Of a stretch of 64,000 nt of DNA, positions 38,252-50,888 are shown piece after piece. A program made the translations under genes and the position numbers. The notes under the pieces were generated by a model that worked only from the letters and a program-made list of their open reading frames with translations, was not told where the DNA came from and made no database searches. Location of the stretch: NCBI GenBank assembly GCA_051362555.1, contig CM120640.1, forward strand, positions 41,890,788 through 41,954,787, in the 5' to 3' direction. How positions within the stretch are numbered: the first letter of the stretch is position 1; every line of letters begins with the position of its first letter. Origin of the DNA: Lingula anatina (taxonomy: Eukaryota > Animalia > Brachiopoda).

Positions 38252-39121
38252 TTCAATTTTTACCTAATCTATTTAACAGTATATCTTTTAAAGCCAACTT
38301 GGGTTGAATATTTGTACCGACAAGCACATGGATAATTTAAGTTAGATATTAATAAAGCCTTGAGGAAGAATACCATCACTCCACTGGAGGTTATTCAGAA
38401 ACTTTTCTATTGACTTTCAGTGCACAATGAAAACCACCTCAGACTTCTAAAAAGCTATTGTCTTAAAAGACATGTTTAAAGCAAGCAAAACATTACAAAT
38501 ATCAACAATTTTTTTTAACAATTTTGCTCCATTTCCTAAACCCTTTGGGAAAAAGGCCTCATGATTAAAAATTGTGTAATAAATTGAACTTAAAAACGGA
38601 CTAAAGGGCCATTTATTAATTTGAGATATATTCTGTCAAAATAAGGAAGAAATTTAACATGATAAGGGGAGGAAACCAAGTGGAGGCTTTATCAGGCCTA
38701 CCCAACTACCAGACTCAGCACCGAATGATCCCAAATTCACTGGTAGATCGGCCACACTACCTGTCTTCAAGGTGTGCACCAGTACGCATTTCACAGTATC
38801 ATACCGGAATAAATTTTGAGATGAGATGCACTACTATCCAACCCTGCTCAGAATCATCACATGCACATAGCGTACTAGGCAAGAGCAGTGTGGCGTCTGA
38901 TACTTTGAAGCATGTACTGACGTTCACCTTGAAAACGGGTAGTGTGGTCCAATCTACCAGTGAATTCAGGATCATTCAGCCAAGTCTGGTAGTTGGGTAG
39001 GCCTGTTTATTACCTAAACTAAAACAAATTAAATAACAATTTGGGCAACTACGCATTTTTTTTTTCAAATATGGCTGGTAAAGAGAGGTCAGAGTAGGTA
39101 ACATGAAGTTTCACTCTCTTA

Positions 39122-39340
39122 GGCTGTATTCCCAGAGCTTTTAGATCGATCTATCCCCGCGGGGAGTCTCACTAGATTACTGTCAGATAATCCGGCTTAA
39201 ATGTTCGTCCTGCCTACTACAAGCTGTAAGGGGGTAATTAACTTTCGTGCCCGCTCGGCTGACAGCTATATATTTAGGGTGAACCCCCAGGGAGTTAGGT
39301 CGATCTAAAGTAGATCGATCTAATCTCTGGAAATGGGGTC
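39122..39340. mobile_element. MITE family A copy
   Basis: TTA on both sides; ends ggctgtattcccagag / ctctggaaatggggtc; very similar to 61027-61241. Confidence 0.85.
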
Positions 39341-39588
39341 TTAGTCTGTATTCATAGTCACACTTTGTACTTAAGCTGGGCCAGTCCATGTCTGTGGGGA
39401 TTCTTGTTAAAACAGTAATCAGTGGAATCAGCTTAATTGTCTGACATGCCTCTTCACACATCTAGGGGGTTAGTTACTATCATGTGCTGATTAAGCTGAT
39501 GTCGCTGATTGCACTTTAGCAAGCATCCCCCCCCCCCCCCCCCCCCGCAGAGTTGGACTGTCATAGCTAGTAAGATGTGCGAGTCTAA

Positions 39589-39814
39589 CACCCCATTTCC
39601 ATAGATTTTTAGATCGATCTATCCCTGTGGGGAGTCTCACTAGATTACTGTCAGCTTGGCCGGCTTAAGCGTCTGTCCCGCCTACTAAAAGCTGTGAGGG
39701 GGTAATTAACTATGGTGTCCGCTCGGCTGACTGCAATTTAGCGTGAACCCCTAGGGAGATAGGTTGATCTAAAACTTAATCTTTAGATCGATCTAAATCT
39801 CTGGGAAAGCACCC
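39589..39814. mobile_element. MITE family A copy
   Basis: TAA on both sides; shares tagatcgatctatccc..ggggagtctcactagattactgtcag with the other copies. Confidence 0.85.
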
Positions 39815-41425
39815 TAATGCTCCCTAATGCTACATTTTTACTGCAAAGTCAAGACATTATACATTCCTAAAAACCACTGCAAAGCATATCCAATTTTTTG
39901 AGTGTGTGATAATTGTATTTAATTATCTTTTCAAGCTTTTTCATATTACAAGAAAAATCAGAAGGATACACTATCTGTTTTGCAGTAAACTTCAAATATT
40001 TCAACATTTAAAGGATGGTCATTCAAGGTTTATTACTTTGACAATGAGATACTAATAATGTATGGCATATATATAATACCATGTGTAAAACATTCACTTT
40101 AATACTAAATGAGGACATGATATATAAATTAACACAATGATATATCATACACATTGATAACACAACAGCAAATAAAATGTTTGTTTGTTTGTACGCTATA
40201 CTTAGAAAAAAAATGAGTAAAGCTACATTTGAATTTCAAAATCAAACTGCAAAACCAAATACAAAAAAGATCATTTTACTTTACTATATACAGCTAAGTA
40301 GAAAATTTGTGCTGCCATAGTATAAATAATTTGCAAAAATTGAAATTATCTTAAAATTGTTGCTAACTTGAATCTACTTAGTCACATTTTTACAATACTG
40401 ACTAGGGTGACAATTCATACATACAGTACATATATAATACATATATATATTAAAAAACTTTCAACAAGTTTCCTCAATACACAGAGGCTTAACATATTCC
40501 TTTAAAAAAAGAAGAAAAAGAAAAAAAATTTAAAAATGTCCACAATGTTGGCTTATTCTCTGTATGGGAGAGTAAGTTCAATTTGTTGCATACACTAATG
40601 GAAATGCAGTGTCAAAGCATAATTAATATTTTAACTATGCACTAATAAATTCAGATGCAACTACTTTCTAAGGTTAAGTTCAGATTGTCAGCCTTTAACA
40701 GCAAAGCCATCAGTGATAAGGTAACAAAATCATATTTTTGTTTTCTCATAGTTATTTCCCAATGCTGTATGAATACTACTGACACCTCCAAATACAGGAA
40801 AAAAGTGCACATAATGCTGGTATTAATATTTATCATACACAACAAAGATATAGCATTGAGGTGTCATGGTTTGTTTGGTTTGTCATGGACTGCTGAGAAT
40901 GAATATCTTACGGAAATCCCTCTCCGATGGTCTTCTTTGCAAAATAGCATAACATAGCACCACACAAAACAATACTATTCCATTATTATGGGCAATGTTA
41001 TTCTCATGACTGCACATTTTCTTATGTCATAGTTCATTTCAATATCAATTGCATTGTAGCAGTCACAAGCAATACTACACTGGAAGTCACCACTTACATT
41101 CTGTCTACTCATCTGTGTATGATGCTAATTTATTATTAATAAGTATAAAGAATTCTCAATGCTCTTAAATATTGCTTCCAGATTCTTTAAACATTTTTTT
41201 CTTAACATTGGCACTTCAAGGACTACGTGCATTTGATATGTGCTGTTCCTGATACAGGAAAAATATAAACATCTTTGCGACAGGCAGCTTGTCATTTCCC
41301 TTTTTATTTAGAAATCACCTGACCTGTCAAACTAAATTATTTTGATAAAGATAAAATCAATACAAAATAAAAATAATGTATAAATTCAACACAATGTGAG
41401 GAAATCTCAAAATTTACAGACATAA

Positions 41426-42559
41426 CTATGGTTCTGGCCAATCAAACTTTCTTCCAATCATTTTGAACAGTTTCCTATTGTGTGGTACAAAGAAATTTTG
41501 TAACTTTTTCAATACACCATCATCAATGTCTGGGTGTTTTCTTCCTTTGGTTTCATTCAGGCATTTTTCTTCAGTTTTATTGCGCATACAATAGAATCCT
41601 TTTCTTCTATCAAAAAATAAGTTCTCCTCTGAAATCTGGTGGTCAAGACCGAGAAAAGTTTCTATTTTAGAAATCTCTGACACTGGGTCAGTTATCAACT
41701 TATCACCATCCACAATATGAATTTGGTTGAGATCAAAAACTTCTAGCCATCGTCTTAAATGTCGATGATAAATGCTGATTCGCACTGCTTTGTATTCAGT
41801 GTTTATTGAACCATCATCATTCATAACAATGTCCTCAAATTTGGGCCAATCTTCTGCTTTTCCTTTTGCTTTTTTATTATCTAGTATTTGGGCATAATCT
41901 GAGATCACTCTTGTAGTTGGGTCCCTGAATATGACGATGAGTTTGGCACTACTGTTCATGTGATAGATCCTTCCCGGTACTTCTGGAGTTATGAAATATG
42001 CTGGACTTTTCTCAACAGTCACTTGATTAGGAAAAGAATATGGCATCTTTTTACGGTACCATTCTAATCCCATGTCATAATTATCATCTTTGTCAAAGAA
42101 GTGAACTTCTTCCTGTGCCACTTGAATGTGTGAATGTAGATTGAGGAATACTAAAAGTGCTCTTGTGCCACATTTCCTCACACCAATGATAATGCACTGT
42201 GGAAGATGGCGCTTGGTGCCTTTGAAACGTATCCGCCCTTTACTTTCAAACAATAAATCCATGTTCTGAAGGGGAGCACGAGTTATGGACGCAGGCTGTG
42301 ATGGCTGTGCACATAAGGTGGCGTTCACAGGTTTGGAATAGACGAGACTGAAGGCGATGAAAATGCACACCAAAACAACCATTATGACACTTGCAGTGGC
42401 CATTCTGGTTTTCATTGTGCTGCAACAGAATTTACTCCAGAGGCCAAGGATCCCAGTGGCACTTGTGGAGTTGTTGGTGGAGGCTGCTGCTGGGACGTAG
42501 GGTTGATGGAGTGGGCTATACTGTATATCTGCCTTCACTGGCCTAGCACTGGCTGTCAT
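41426..42559 (-). CDS. HS3ST: Heparan sulfate glucosamine 3-O-sulfotransferase (HS3ST1/5-like), second paralog, 377 aa, single coding exon
   Basis: Transmembrane segment VIMVVLVCIFIAFSLVY; LPQCIIIGVRKCGTRALL; EVHFFD; EKSPAYF; RDPTTRVISDY; KGFYC...CLNETKGRKHP; FDWP. Confidence 0.93.
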   Translation of the reverse strand: MTASARPVKADIQYSPLHQPYVPAAASTNNSTSATGILGLWSKFCCSTMKTRMATASVIMVVLVCIFIAFSLVYSKPVNATLCAQPSQPASITRAPLQNMDLLFESKGRIRFKGTKRHLPQCIIIGVRKCGTRALLVFLNLHSHIQVAQEEVHFFDKDDNYDMGLEWYRKKMPYSFPNQVTVEKSPAYFITPEVPGRIYHMNSSAKLIVIFRDPTTRVISDYAQILDNKKAKGKAEDWPKFEDIVMNDDGSINTEYKAVRISIYHRHLRRWLEVFDLNQIHIVDGDKLITDPVSEISKIETFLGLDHQISEENLFFDRRKGFYCMRNKTEEKCLNETKGRKHPDIDDGVLKKLQNFFVPHNRKLFKMIGRKFDWPEP

Positions 42560-44006
42560 GCTGCTCTATGGTACCCTCACATCTAACACAATGACAAAGG
42601 GAACATATTTGACTAAGAAAGTTGGGTTCAATATACATTTAAAAACAGAGAAATACTTTTTATCAGCTAGCACTTCAAAGGCAAAATAGAACAAGGTGCT
42701 CAAATCGTTTGTAACAAAACTAAAGGAATTCAATTTATCTGAATTTGTAGGAATCTGACATAAATCCATTATGCAAAATTCATTTTTGTCTTCTGCTAGA
42801 CAGAATTTATGACATCACAAGATAGATCACCCTATCATCTGTTTGTGTAGCAATCTCTCTGCTAAGTTCGCCTTCTCAGGCTGCTTCTTGTGCTGTTATA
42901 AGACCACTGCTAAAGACCACCCCAGAAAGAAGACATTTAGTTTGCCCTCACTTGTTCTGTAATTTTAAGTTAAGCAGTAAGCAGAATGTTAAGGTGTGCA
43001 GGTTTAAATACGGTAACACACGACTTTCCCATCATTTAATTATAATTAAACCTTCTATTTCCTTAAGTTAGACAAACAAAATGTAGAATAGTGATATCAG
43101 TAGATGCAGAAACAATATTTTTAATCATGATTCTATCACACTGCCCTCATAACTCTCACATATATAAGCCCGCTAATTCATCACATCAACACAAGTTATT
43201 TTCTCATGATTATAATTCAAAGCATAAAACATTCTCCCAATCATTAAAATCAATGTCAAAAGCTGCCCTTAGGTGAAAATCTAAAATTATTGATGGTACT
43301 TTGAAATAATGCTATTCTATAAAGCTGTTTTGGGTCATTCCCTTAGCAAATGAGGTCAATCTAAAATTGCACCATAACCAATCTTAAATGCCATTTTCAA
43401 TTAAGTATTATATATTCCACTTGATAACTGCAGCAAATAAAACCAAAATTCAATGTAAGATTTATATTTTGCGGTAACCTAACAAAATGTCATTTGTTAG
43501 CTTCAATCTCTTAATAAGCGGGCCATGTGCAAAAACAACTACATCACTTTAGAGAGCATGAAGGTCGTCTAAAAAAATTCCTGAAACTTTTGTTTCCTCA
43601 TGAATTCCACAGCAGATTGTATAAATCAATTGAGAAAATAAACAATGAATGATAGGTTTTCAAGATTAATTTCTGAAAACAAAATTGCAGTGCTTCTGAT
43701 GTGACCACACCCTGGCCCATAATATTTTGCTGCTTTTTCATCTACAATATCTCAAACAAGCAAAGCAGATGAACTTTGACTTACACATTTAAACAAATAG
43801 CAGGTTTTAACAAAAACTAATGCAATCAATTTATTCTTTGAATGACAATATTCACCTTTTTTTTATTTGGATAACGCTAAACGAAGGAAAACACTACCCT
43901 GTCTTGCTTGTGTACCAACAAGTATATGGTAGCCAGAACACCACCAACTTCCAGCGATAAGAATAACCTACACCATCTGGATGGATACTGCCTTGAATTA
44001 AAAATG

Positions 44007-45910
44007 AACTAGAGGATCAGAGAGGCGATACCGCCTCCGGATATTGTACCACCAGCTGGAGTAAGCACATTCGAATGGAAACCCCCCCAAAAAAGGGACA
44101 CCACAACCAGTCTTGTCCTTGACAAGCTCTATGCAATAAACAAGAAATCTCAAAGTATGAAAAAAAAATCGAAAAAAATATAACATAAAAATGGTTCAAT
44201 CAAGCGGATTTTCCAATTGGCCTGTATTTTCCTAAGATTGATCACTCCTGTGATTTTCTGGACAATAGGCCTATTGCTTTTCCTTGAAATGAGTTATCAG
44301 TGTTGCATATATGCTGAGAAAAGAGAAAACCTAGGGGCAACACTGGGCATACAAAATGTATCTCTGCTTGTTTTGAAGATGTGAGGGGCAAGAAAATATG
44401 CAAAGTTCAGTTCATGATGAAAAAGTAGGTCAATTTCAAGGTCACAGTACATGACTTTCTATTCAAGTTCAATAGTAACTATGGGCATTTCCTTGCCAAT
44501 TTTGGAAATGTCAAGGTCAGAAAACATGCAAAGTACAGTTCATCATAAAAAGTAGGTCAAAGGTCAATTTCAAGGTCACAGTTAGATTGCCAGTATAAGA
44601 CTTCCTATTTAGTTTCAATAGTAACTATGGGCTTATCTCTGCCAGTTTTTGAAATATAAGGGAGAGAATTTTTTCAAAGTTCAGTTCATGGTGAAAAGTA
44701 GGTCAAAGGTCAATTTCAAGGTCACAGTTAGATTACCAGTATATGACTTCCCACTCAAGTTCAACAGTAACTATGGATGTACCTCTGCCAGTTTTAGAGA
44801 TATAAGGGCTGGAAAATTTGAAAGTTCAGTTCATGGTGAAAATTAGGTCAGATGTCAATTTCAGGATCATAGTTAGATTGCCATTATATGACTTCCTATT
44901 CAAGTTCAATAGTAACTATGGGCGTATCTTTGCCAGTTTTGGAGATATAAAGATCAGAAAACTTGCAAAGTGCATTTCATCATGAAAAGTAGGTCAAAGG
45001 TCAATTTCAAGGTCACAGTTATATTACCAGTATATGACTTCCTATTCAAGTTCAAAAGTAACTATGGGCATATCTCTGCTAATTTTTGAGTATTTCACAT
45101 TTTATTTTCACCACTGAATTTAGGATGTTGAACTTTTTGATATAGTGCAATGCCTTAGCAGTATTGAAAACAAAAAAATTGACACCACCCCCCAGTGTTG
45201 CCCTTGACAAGTTCTACAAAATGCATAAAACAAGAGGTCTCTAGCATTAACAGTATCAGAATTAGAGAGAGTTTTCAGTTTCGACATCTAATAGCCGCTG
45301 CTACCATGAAAATGCACCGATTGACCCCAAACTCAAGAAAATGAAAGATGACCCTAAGGGTAACACCTGCCCATAATATTATAGGTAAGATCTGTTTAGT
45401 TTCTGAAAATTGGCTGAAATAAAAATTTTCTCGCAAAAATTTCCAATTTTTAGAAAATTTTGGCCCGTTTGACCTTGAAATAAATGTCAAAGGTCAAATC
45501 CAAGGGCATATTTGAAATCCTCACATATGACTTTCGGTCAGCCATCTGTAGAAATTTTTCCCATAATTCCATTGGTTTGGGAGATATTTAGCATTGAATT
45601 TTCAAAAATTTTGACAAGGGTGCGTTTCAATGAGCGTCACGCCCAGGTCAATGCACCAACTGAGACAAAAAAACCTGGGTGTTCAAGTTGAGATTATATG
45701 TGACCTAAATCCAAGAGATGGGGACACAGGTCCTTGCGGTCTAGGAGGAGAAGCGGTAACGGTGACTTGTATCCCACGTCATCCTGCGGAGCTGCAGGAG
45801 CCGCAGGAGCCGCAGGAGCCGGCGGAGCCGGCGGAGCCGGCGGAGCTGTACGAGACGGGTCGGGACTAAAACCATGAGTACCGCCAGCGTACACGCTGGT
45901 GGTACTAATT
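44007..45910 (-). mobile_element. Helentron-associated non-autonomous element (HINE) with 146-bp tandem array
   Basis: 5' hairpin agtaccgccagcgt-ac-acgctggtggtact (45877-45906), then 9-bp minisatellite ggagccg(g/c) at 45787-45846. 146-bp repeats (aggtca at 44554, 44700, 44845, 44991). 3' subterminal repeat gtaccaccagc 44046-56, hairpin gaggcg...cgcctc, and minus-strand terminus CTAGTT. Confidence 0.85.
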
Positions 45911-46536
45911 AAACCACAAATCAATGTACAATGCATTTAAAATACCCCACACATTGTGCACAGATGTACCAAGAGCTCTCTACCCACATGTCACAGACAT
46001 TGTATTACAACAAACTGTCTTTTATTCTTTTCAGTTCCATGTTATATATGGGAAGATTACTTCATCCAATGAATTGAAATAATTGAGAATTCTTCACTTC
46101 AGAAGTTGCCAATATTTTCTGACAGTGTAAAACAGGTAATAGCTAATGCAGCTGAGCAGCTTTACAATATACGCTGAGGATGCTAGTCTAAAAGTTGCCT
46201 CTGGTTTTATGCTTTAACTGAATAAGTTAAGAAAAACTTTTTAACGTGGGTTCAGCTCCTGTTGAAGTAGATTGCCTGCTCCCCCTGCCTTAAGTAAGGT
46301 AAATGTACAAGTGAGATGTTACTTTCATGATTCAGGAGTCTTTTAAAACAAACACTGTTCTGCATCTGATAAGAGAGGAAATTATTTTCAAATTTAGATC
46401 TTTGGCTTTATTCCAGGTAATACAAATATAGAAATACAAGAAGAATAGTTTTAAATATAAGAATAATGAAAACAGGAATGATCCAAAACCTTGTCAGATT
46501 GAATATCACCGTATCTTATGATTTGGGTAAAATGCA

Positions 46537-46652
46537 GATCAAATATGGCAACCCACTTAAAAGCTTGCTGTATAATCCCCTAATATCCAATGAATAGATT
46601 CTCCGGGGGGAATTTCACAACAAGCATTTAAGTGGGTCAGCCATATTTGATC
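46537..46652. repeat. Imperfect inverted repeat (about 45-bp arms), probable MITE remnant
   Basis: gatcaaatatggc.acccacttaaa.gcttg versus caagcatttaagtgggtcagccatatttgatc. Confidence 0.7.
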
Positions 46653-47609
46653 CGAATACTAGTTAGTCCGCTTAGAGAGTTCTTAACCTCCTAACCTGTA
46701 ACAATGTTACAAGGGGTTTACTCCCTTTTATAAGTTCAATTAAGTGTTCAGCGGGGAGGGAGGGTTCCATTTGTACAACTTGCTAGCAAGGTTAATAATC
46801 TGTCAGTCTCTCAAAGAGTCTCAATACAGACTGTATCAGCTCGTTGTGAAAAGGGACTATGACTGGTAGGGTAAGAAAAACTTATTAGAATACATCAAAA
46901 GAGGAAAAATAAGTCAATCAATCCAGGGCAAATTCATACTTAGTTTATGAAAGAATGTTAATTGTAATAATTGATGTGCAGAACTGACATTCTGACACCC
47001 AATTCTGCCAAAGTGAGTTACCCCTGACTAGAAAATAATCATGCACACCGAAATGCTGCTTCAAAGGGGAAATTCAATACATTTGCCAATAGATGAACAA
47101 ACAAATTTCAATATTGTGGTGGCTTTCTAAAATTTACAATGAATTGGGTTAATTCTTTGCTATATTTAGTAAGCATGAGACCCAACAGTGAAATAAGAGT
47201 GAATCAAAAGCTTTGTAAATATTTACCATAAACAAAACACAAACCTTCAACGTTTTTCCATTAGACTAGGAAATGTCAGTAACACAATCACTGTCTCTTA
47301 ACTTTAATTTATTTATATTTATAAAAATTGAGGGGATTTTTTTCTAACTGTAATATAGAGCCAAGCAGACAGCAAGTTTGCCATTTATAGATCATTTTCC
47401 CTAAAGACAAACAGAAGACTCTGCAGTTGCAATAATCTAATTGCTCAAGCAGAAAACAGCTCATTGCACTGCCCAGCATTGGTAGTTATTTCTGCTTTTT
47501 CATCAAAACATGATCGATTACCATATTGTCACACTGCCTGTATTAGCACCTTTGATATGAGCTGATTATCAATTAAGAAAAATAATTAGCTAGGTGAATC
47601 TTACTCTAC

Positions 47610-48155
47610 GAGCGCATTCTCAACGAATTAAGCCAGGCTTTACAAAGCCGGTGACCTAAAAATGGCGGACGTACATGAAAGAAAAACCGCCTAATCTTTT
47701 AATAGTCTCTCCGCCTCTCACACGCCTCCCCACACGTCGTCCCTGCAGGGTACAGTAATTAAATCTTGGCTCCGAACATTAATATTTCCGTGAATATCTC
47801 TGGTGATATTATCTCCGTAGATAGTCTATTCATTGCTGTTCTACGGGCCAAATTATTCCTTTTTCGTCTCTATTTTCAAAGATAATAGAACAGAAGAGCT
47901 TTTTTCCTTCGATCGCCTTCAGCCGAAATGCTTTCCTCACCACGAGTTTAACTGATGAGCATGCGCACTTAATATTTCTCAGGTAGCTTCCGCATGGCGA
48001 ACGGAGACGCGATTTAATTACTGTACCCCGCAGGGATGACGTGTGGGGAGGCGGAGAGACTATTAAAAGATTAGGCGGTTTTTCTTTCATGTACGTCCGC
48101 CATTTTTAGGTCACCGGCTTTGTAAAGCCTGGCTTACTTCGTTGAGAATGCGCTC
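47610..48155. mobile_element. Foldback-type MITE with about 150-bp near-perfect TIRs
   Basis: gagcgcattctcaacgaa...aattaaatc matched in reverse by gatttaatt...ttcgttgagaatgcgctc; TAC on both sides. Confidence 0.9.
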
Positions 48156-49475
48156 TACCTTTTCCAATACTATATCCTACTCTCTCTGGGTTTACCTTAC
48201 AAAAATAATGTTGGGCTGTGTGAGAACCAGTGAAAGGCAGCTTTCCTTGGTATTATATCTGTATATATCAATAACATAAACCAGATATATGAGTTTTGTA
48301 CCTTGGAGTGACCCATGCCAAATGACCTGCCTAGGACTTGACCTCAAAATGTGAACCTAAGGACTTGGTTTAATCAACTCTACAATTAATTTATAAGCTA
48401 TGAAATTTTTTAATGATTACCAAAGTAGATGTGGGAAATGGAGCCTGTGCATCTCTTCCATCCAAAGGGAAATCAAAAATTTCAGAATTCATCCAAAGAG
48501 GCATCTATCAACTGAGACCATTCAGTAGTCTTTTAGATGAAGGCATAAAATGCCATGAAAAGTAAAAGTACATATATGCTCAAGTTCATGCAAAAAGATA
48601 TATCAAGTTTAATTGAGAAAGGATAAAAGAAGGTAATCAAAACTATTATATTGCACACTCCATTTTCCCTTCTTGTAAAAGATCAAAATGTAAAGAGAAA
48701 ATACAGGCACTAGAAAACAGCTGCAACCAGTTTCAATGTTTTGATGTGTTGTCTGGTTCAAAATGGACATACAACAGTATCAGTTACAAACACATCATTT
48801 CCCTAACTGTTATAAGTTCCTTAAAGCCTTGAGTACTTGTAAAGCTCTTATAATCTAATATTGGTTTTCTTTCTTTTTATCTTTCATTTCTCTCCTTCAT
48901 ATGTACCAGTGAAATAAAAGATATTGAAGATCAATACAAAGGGGATGCTACAATGCATTTGGAGATTGAAATCCATGATCTTATGCCAAGTCAATAGGAT
49001 ACCAGGCTAATAAAACAGCTTCCCCAATCTAATTTACTGTGTAGTAACCATATGCCTTCTATTCACAGGGGATGATGTCCGCTTGAAGAAAACTACTGTC
49101 AAGATAGAAAAATACCATAAAAGCATTGTGCATAATTGATGGCTGGTCAGGATTAACATCCTTAAACGCTTCTTTCAGATACTGATACTAAACTGTCTAT
49201 AGGGCTTAAAAGCTTTTCTGTATTTCTTTTTACCACCAGCTACTGCAATGTAGGACTAGGGCCAGTTTCACAAAAGGTTAGCTCTGACATTGGTCTAAAG
49301 CTTTCCAGTACCACCGAAAATTTGGTCACTTCCAGGTCAAGATAAATCCATAGTGCTCTACTTTACTAAAAGTAACTACTGTTCTACAACATAAACAGTG
49401 CATTTTTTTTGTAAGAAAACAAGCACAGTAATTTTATTGAATTGGACTATTAATGTTAACACCAATTTTGGAGTT

Positions 49476-49515
<40 letters not shown>

Positions 49516-50552
49516 TAAAATAGGTCCAGGTTTGTACTAGATTTTATACTATTCTTATAACAAACATTATGTTCTGTTGATTGTGTACTTTTAAGTCTGA
49601 ATGTAATGCATTTTATTATTATGATCAAGTACAAGAACGAATGCCTTAAATCACTGGAAAAAGAATAAAATATAGAACAGTTGGATTTGAATAAACAAGC
49701 AACCACAGACAAAATTCACATTGCCAAATTATTACACTTTCTTCAAACAGCATCTCCCCATTCATCATCATCAATTAATTCAAATATAAATTAATTCAAT
49801 GCTGTTCTACAGAGCAATTTACCTTAGAATGTTTTGATCCATTGGCAGCAAAAGTTATAAAATTTAATCTGGCAACAAAATCTGCTCCACCCAATCTGTA
49901 GACAGCTCCAGTGAAGTTAAAAAAACTTAAGTCCAACCTCATTAAAAAAGCCAAGAAAGTACAGAGTTCACTAGCAGAGGATAACCCTCCCAGGCACAAT
50001 TCCAATGGTACACGTTCATTCAAGAATGAGAGAACCTATTTCTGCTCCAAAAAAATCATGCTCTAATTATTTGACCTTGCTTAATGAAGTGAAACCAATT
50101 AAGTTGCGGGTGGAATCGGAGAATGCTGTGGAGAATGCTGTGTAAGTTGTGCCAAACAAAGCCCTATTAGAGGAAGGAGGGTCCAGAAGATGAATAACCC
50201 TTTCTGCTGTCAATCTGCTATCACCCTGGAAACAGAGGAAGTCAGGGACTGGGCACATGTTCTGGGTGGATCAACTGTGACACTGATCACCAAATACCAC
50301 CATGTGTGACATGTTATTTCTTCAAACTCTGGCAGAAAAATGGATTGACATGGACAGCAGATAAGCAGCAACTTGCTCATGTGACATGTTTTTATTACCA
50401 GATTTTGACAATGTAATTGCAGAGATGATCCAAGTCACAAGAATATAATTATCTGTAATCTGTTTTTCTAAGCAGCTGGTGTCTATGTATATATATGTAT
50501 GATCCCTCAATCAGATGCTGTCTTAATCTTATCTTTTTAACACCCATATTAA

Positions 50553-50888
50553 AGGGATAACAACTCTTCGTATGAGATTCATATCTTATAATAAATACAT
50601 TGTAAACAACTCACAGAAATATATTGAATTCTATTTTATCACAAAACAGCAGACATCGCAATTATTCTGGAATCTGTGCTTGCCATTAGAACACATCACC
50701 TTCACAGATGGCTACCCTTTGTAATAATCCCTTATGAGATAATTACAAAAAAAAAAAAAAAAAAAAAAACATGGACTAACTTTTAATGTCAGACAGATTC
50801 ATAAACAATTGGTAAGTATAGGAAAATTGTTGTTTACATCAGGAAAATCCTTTTTTTTTTTTGGCCCAAATGAACAGTTGTTATCCCT
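50553..50888. mobile_element. Kolobok-like MITE (336 bp)
   Basis: Perfect 13-bp TIR AGGGATAACAACT / AGTTGTTATCCCT flanked by TTAA on both sides. Confidence 0.85.

Noticed and set aside
42160-42190. KCGT instead of KGGT in the PAPS loop as a sign of inactivation
   Set aside because: The catalytic Lys, Thr, Arg and all other motifs are intact, and as I recall this variant occurs in other invertebrate 3-O-sulfotransferases.
45630-45936. EPQ/EPA and PAP repeat ORFs
   Set aside because: They come from the 9-bp minisatellite in the HINE 5' end.
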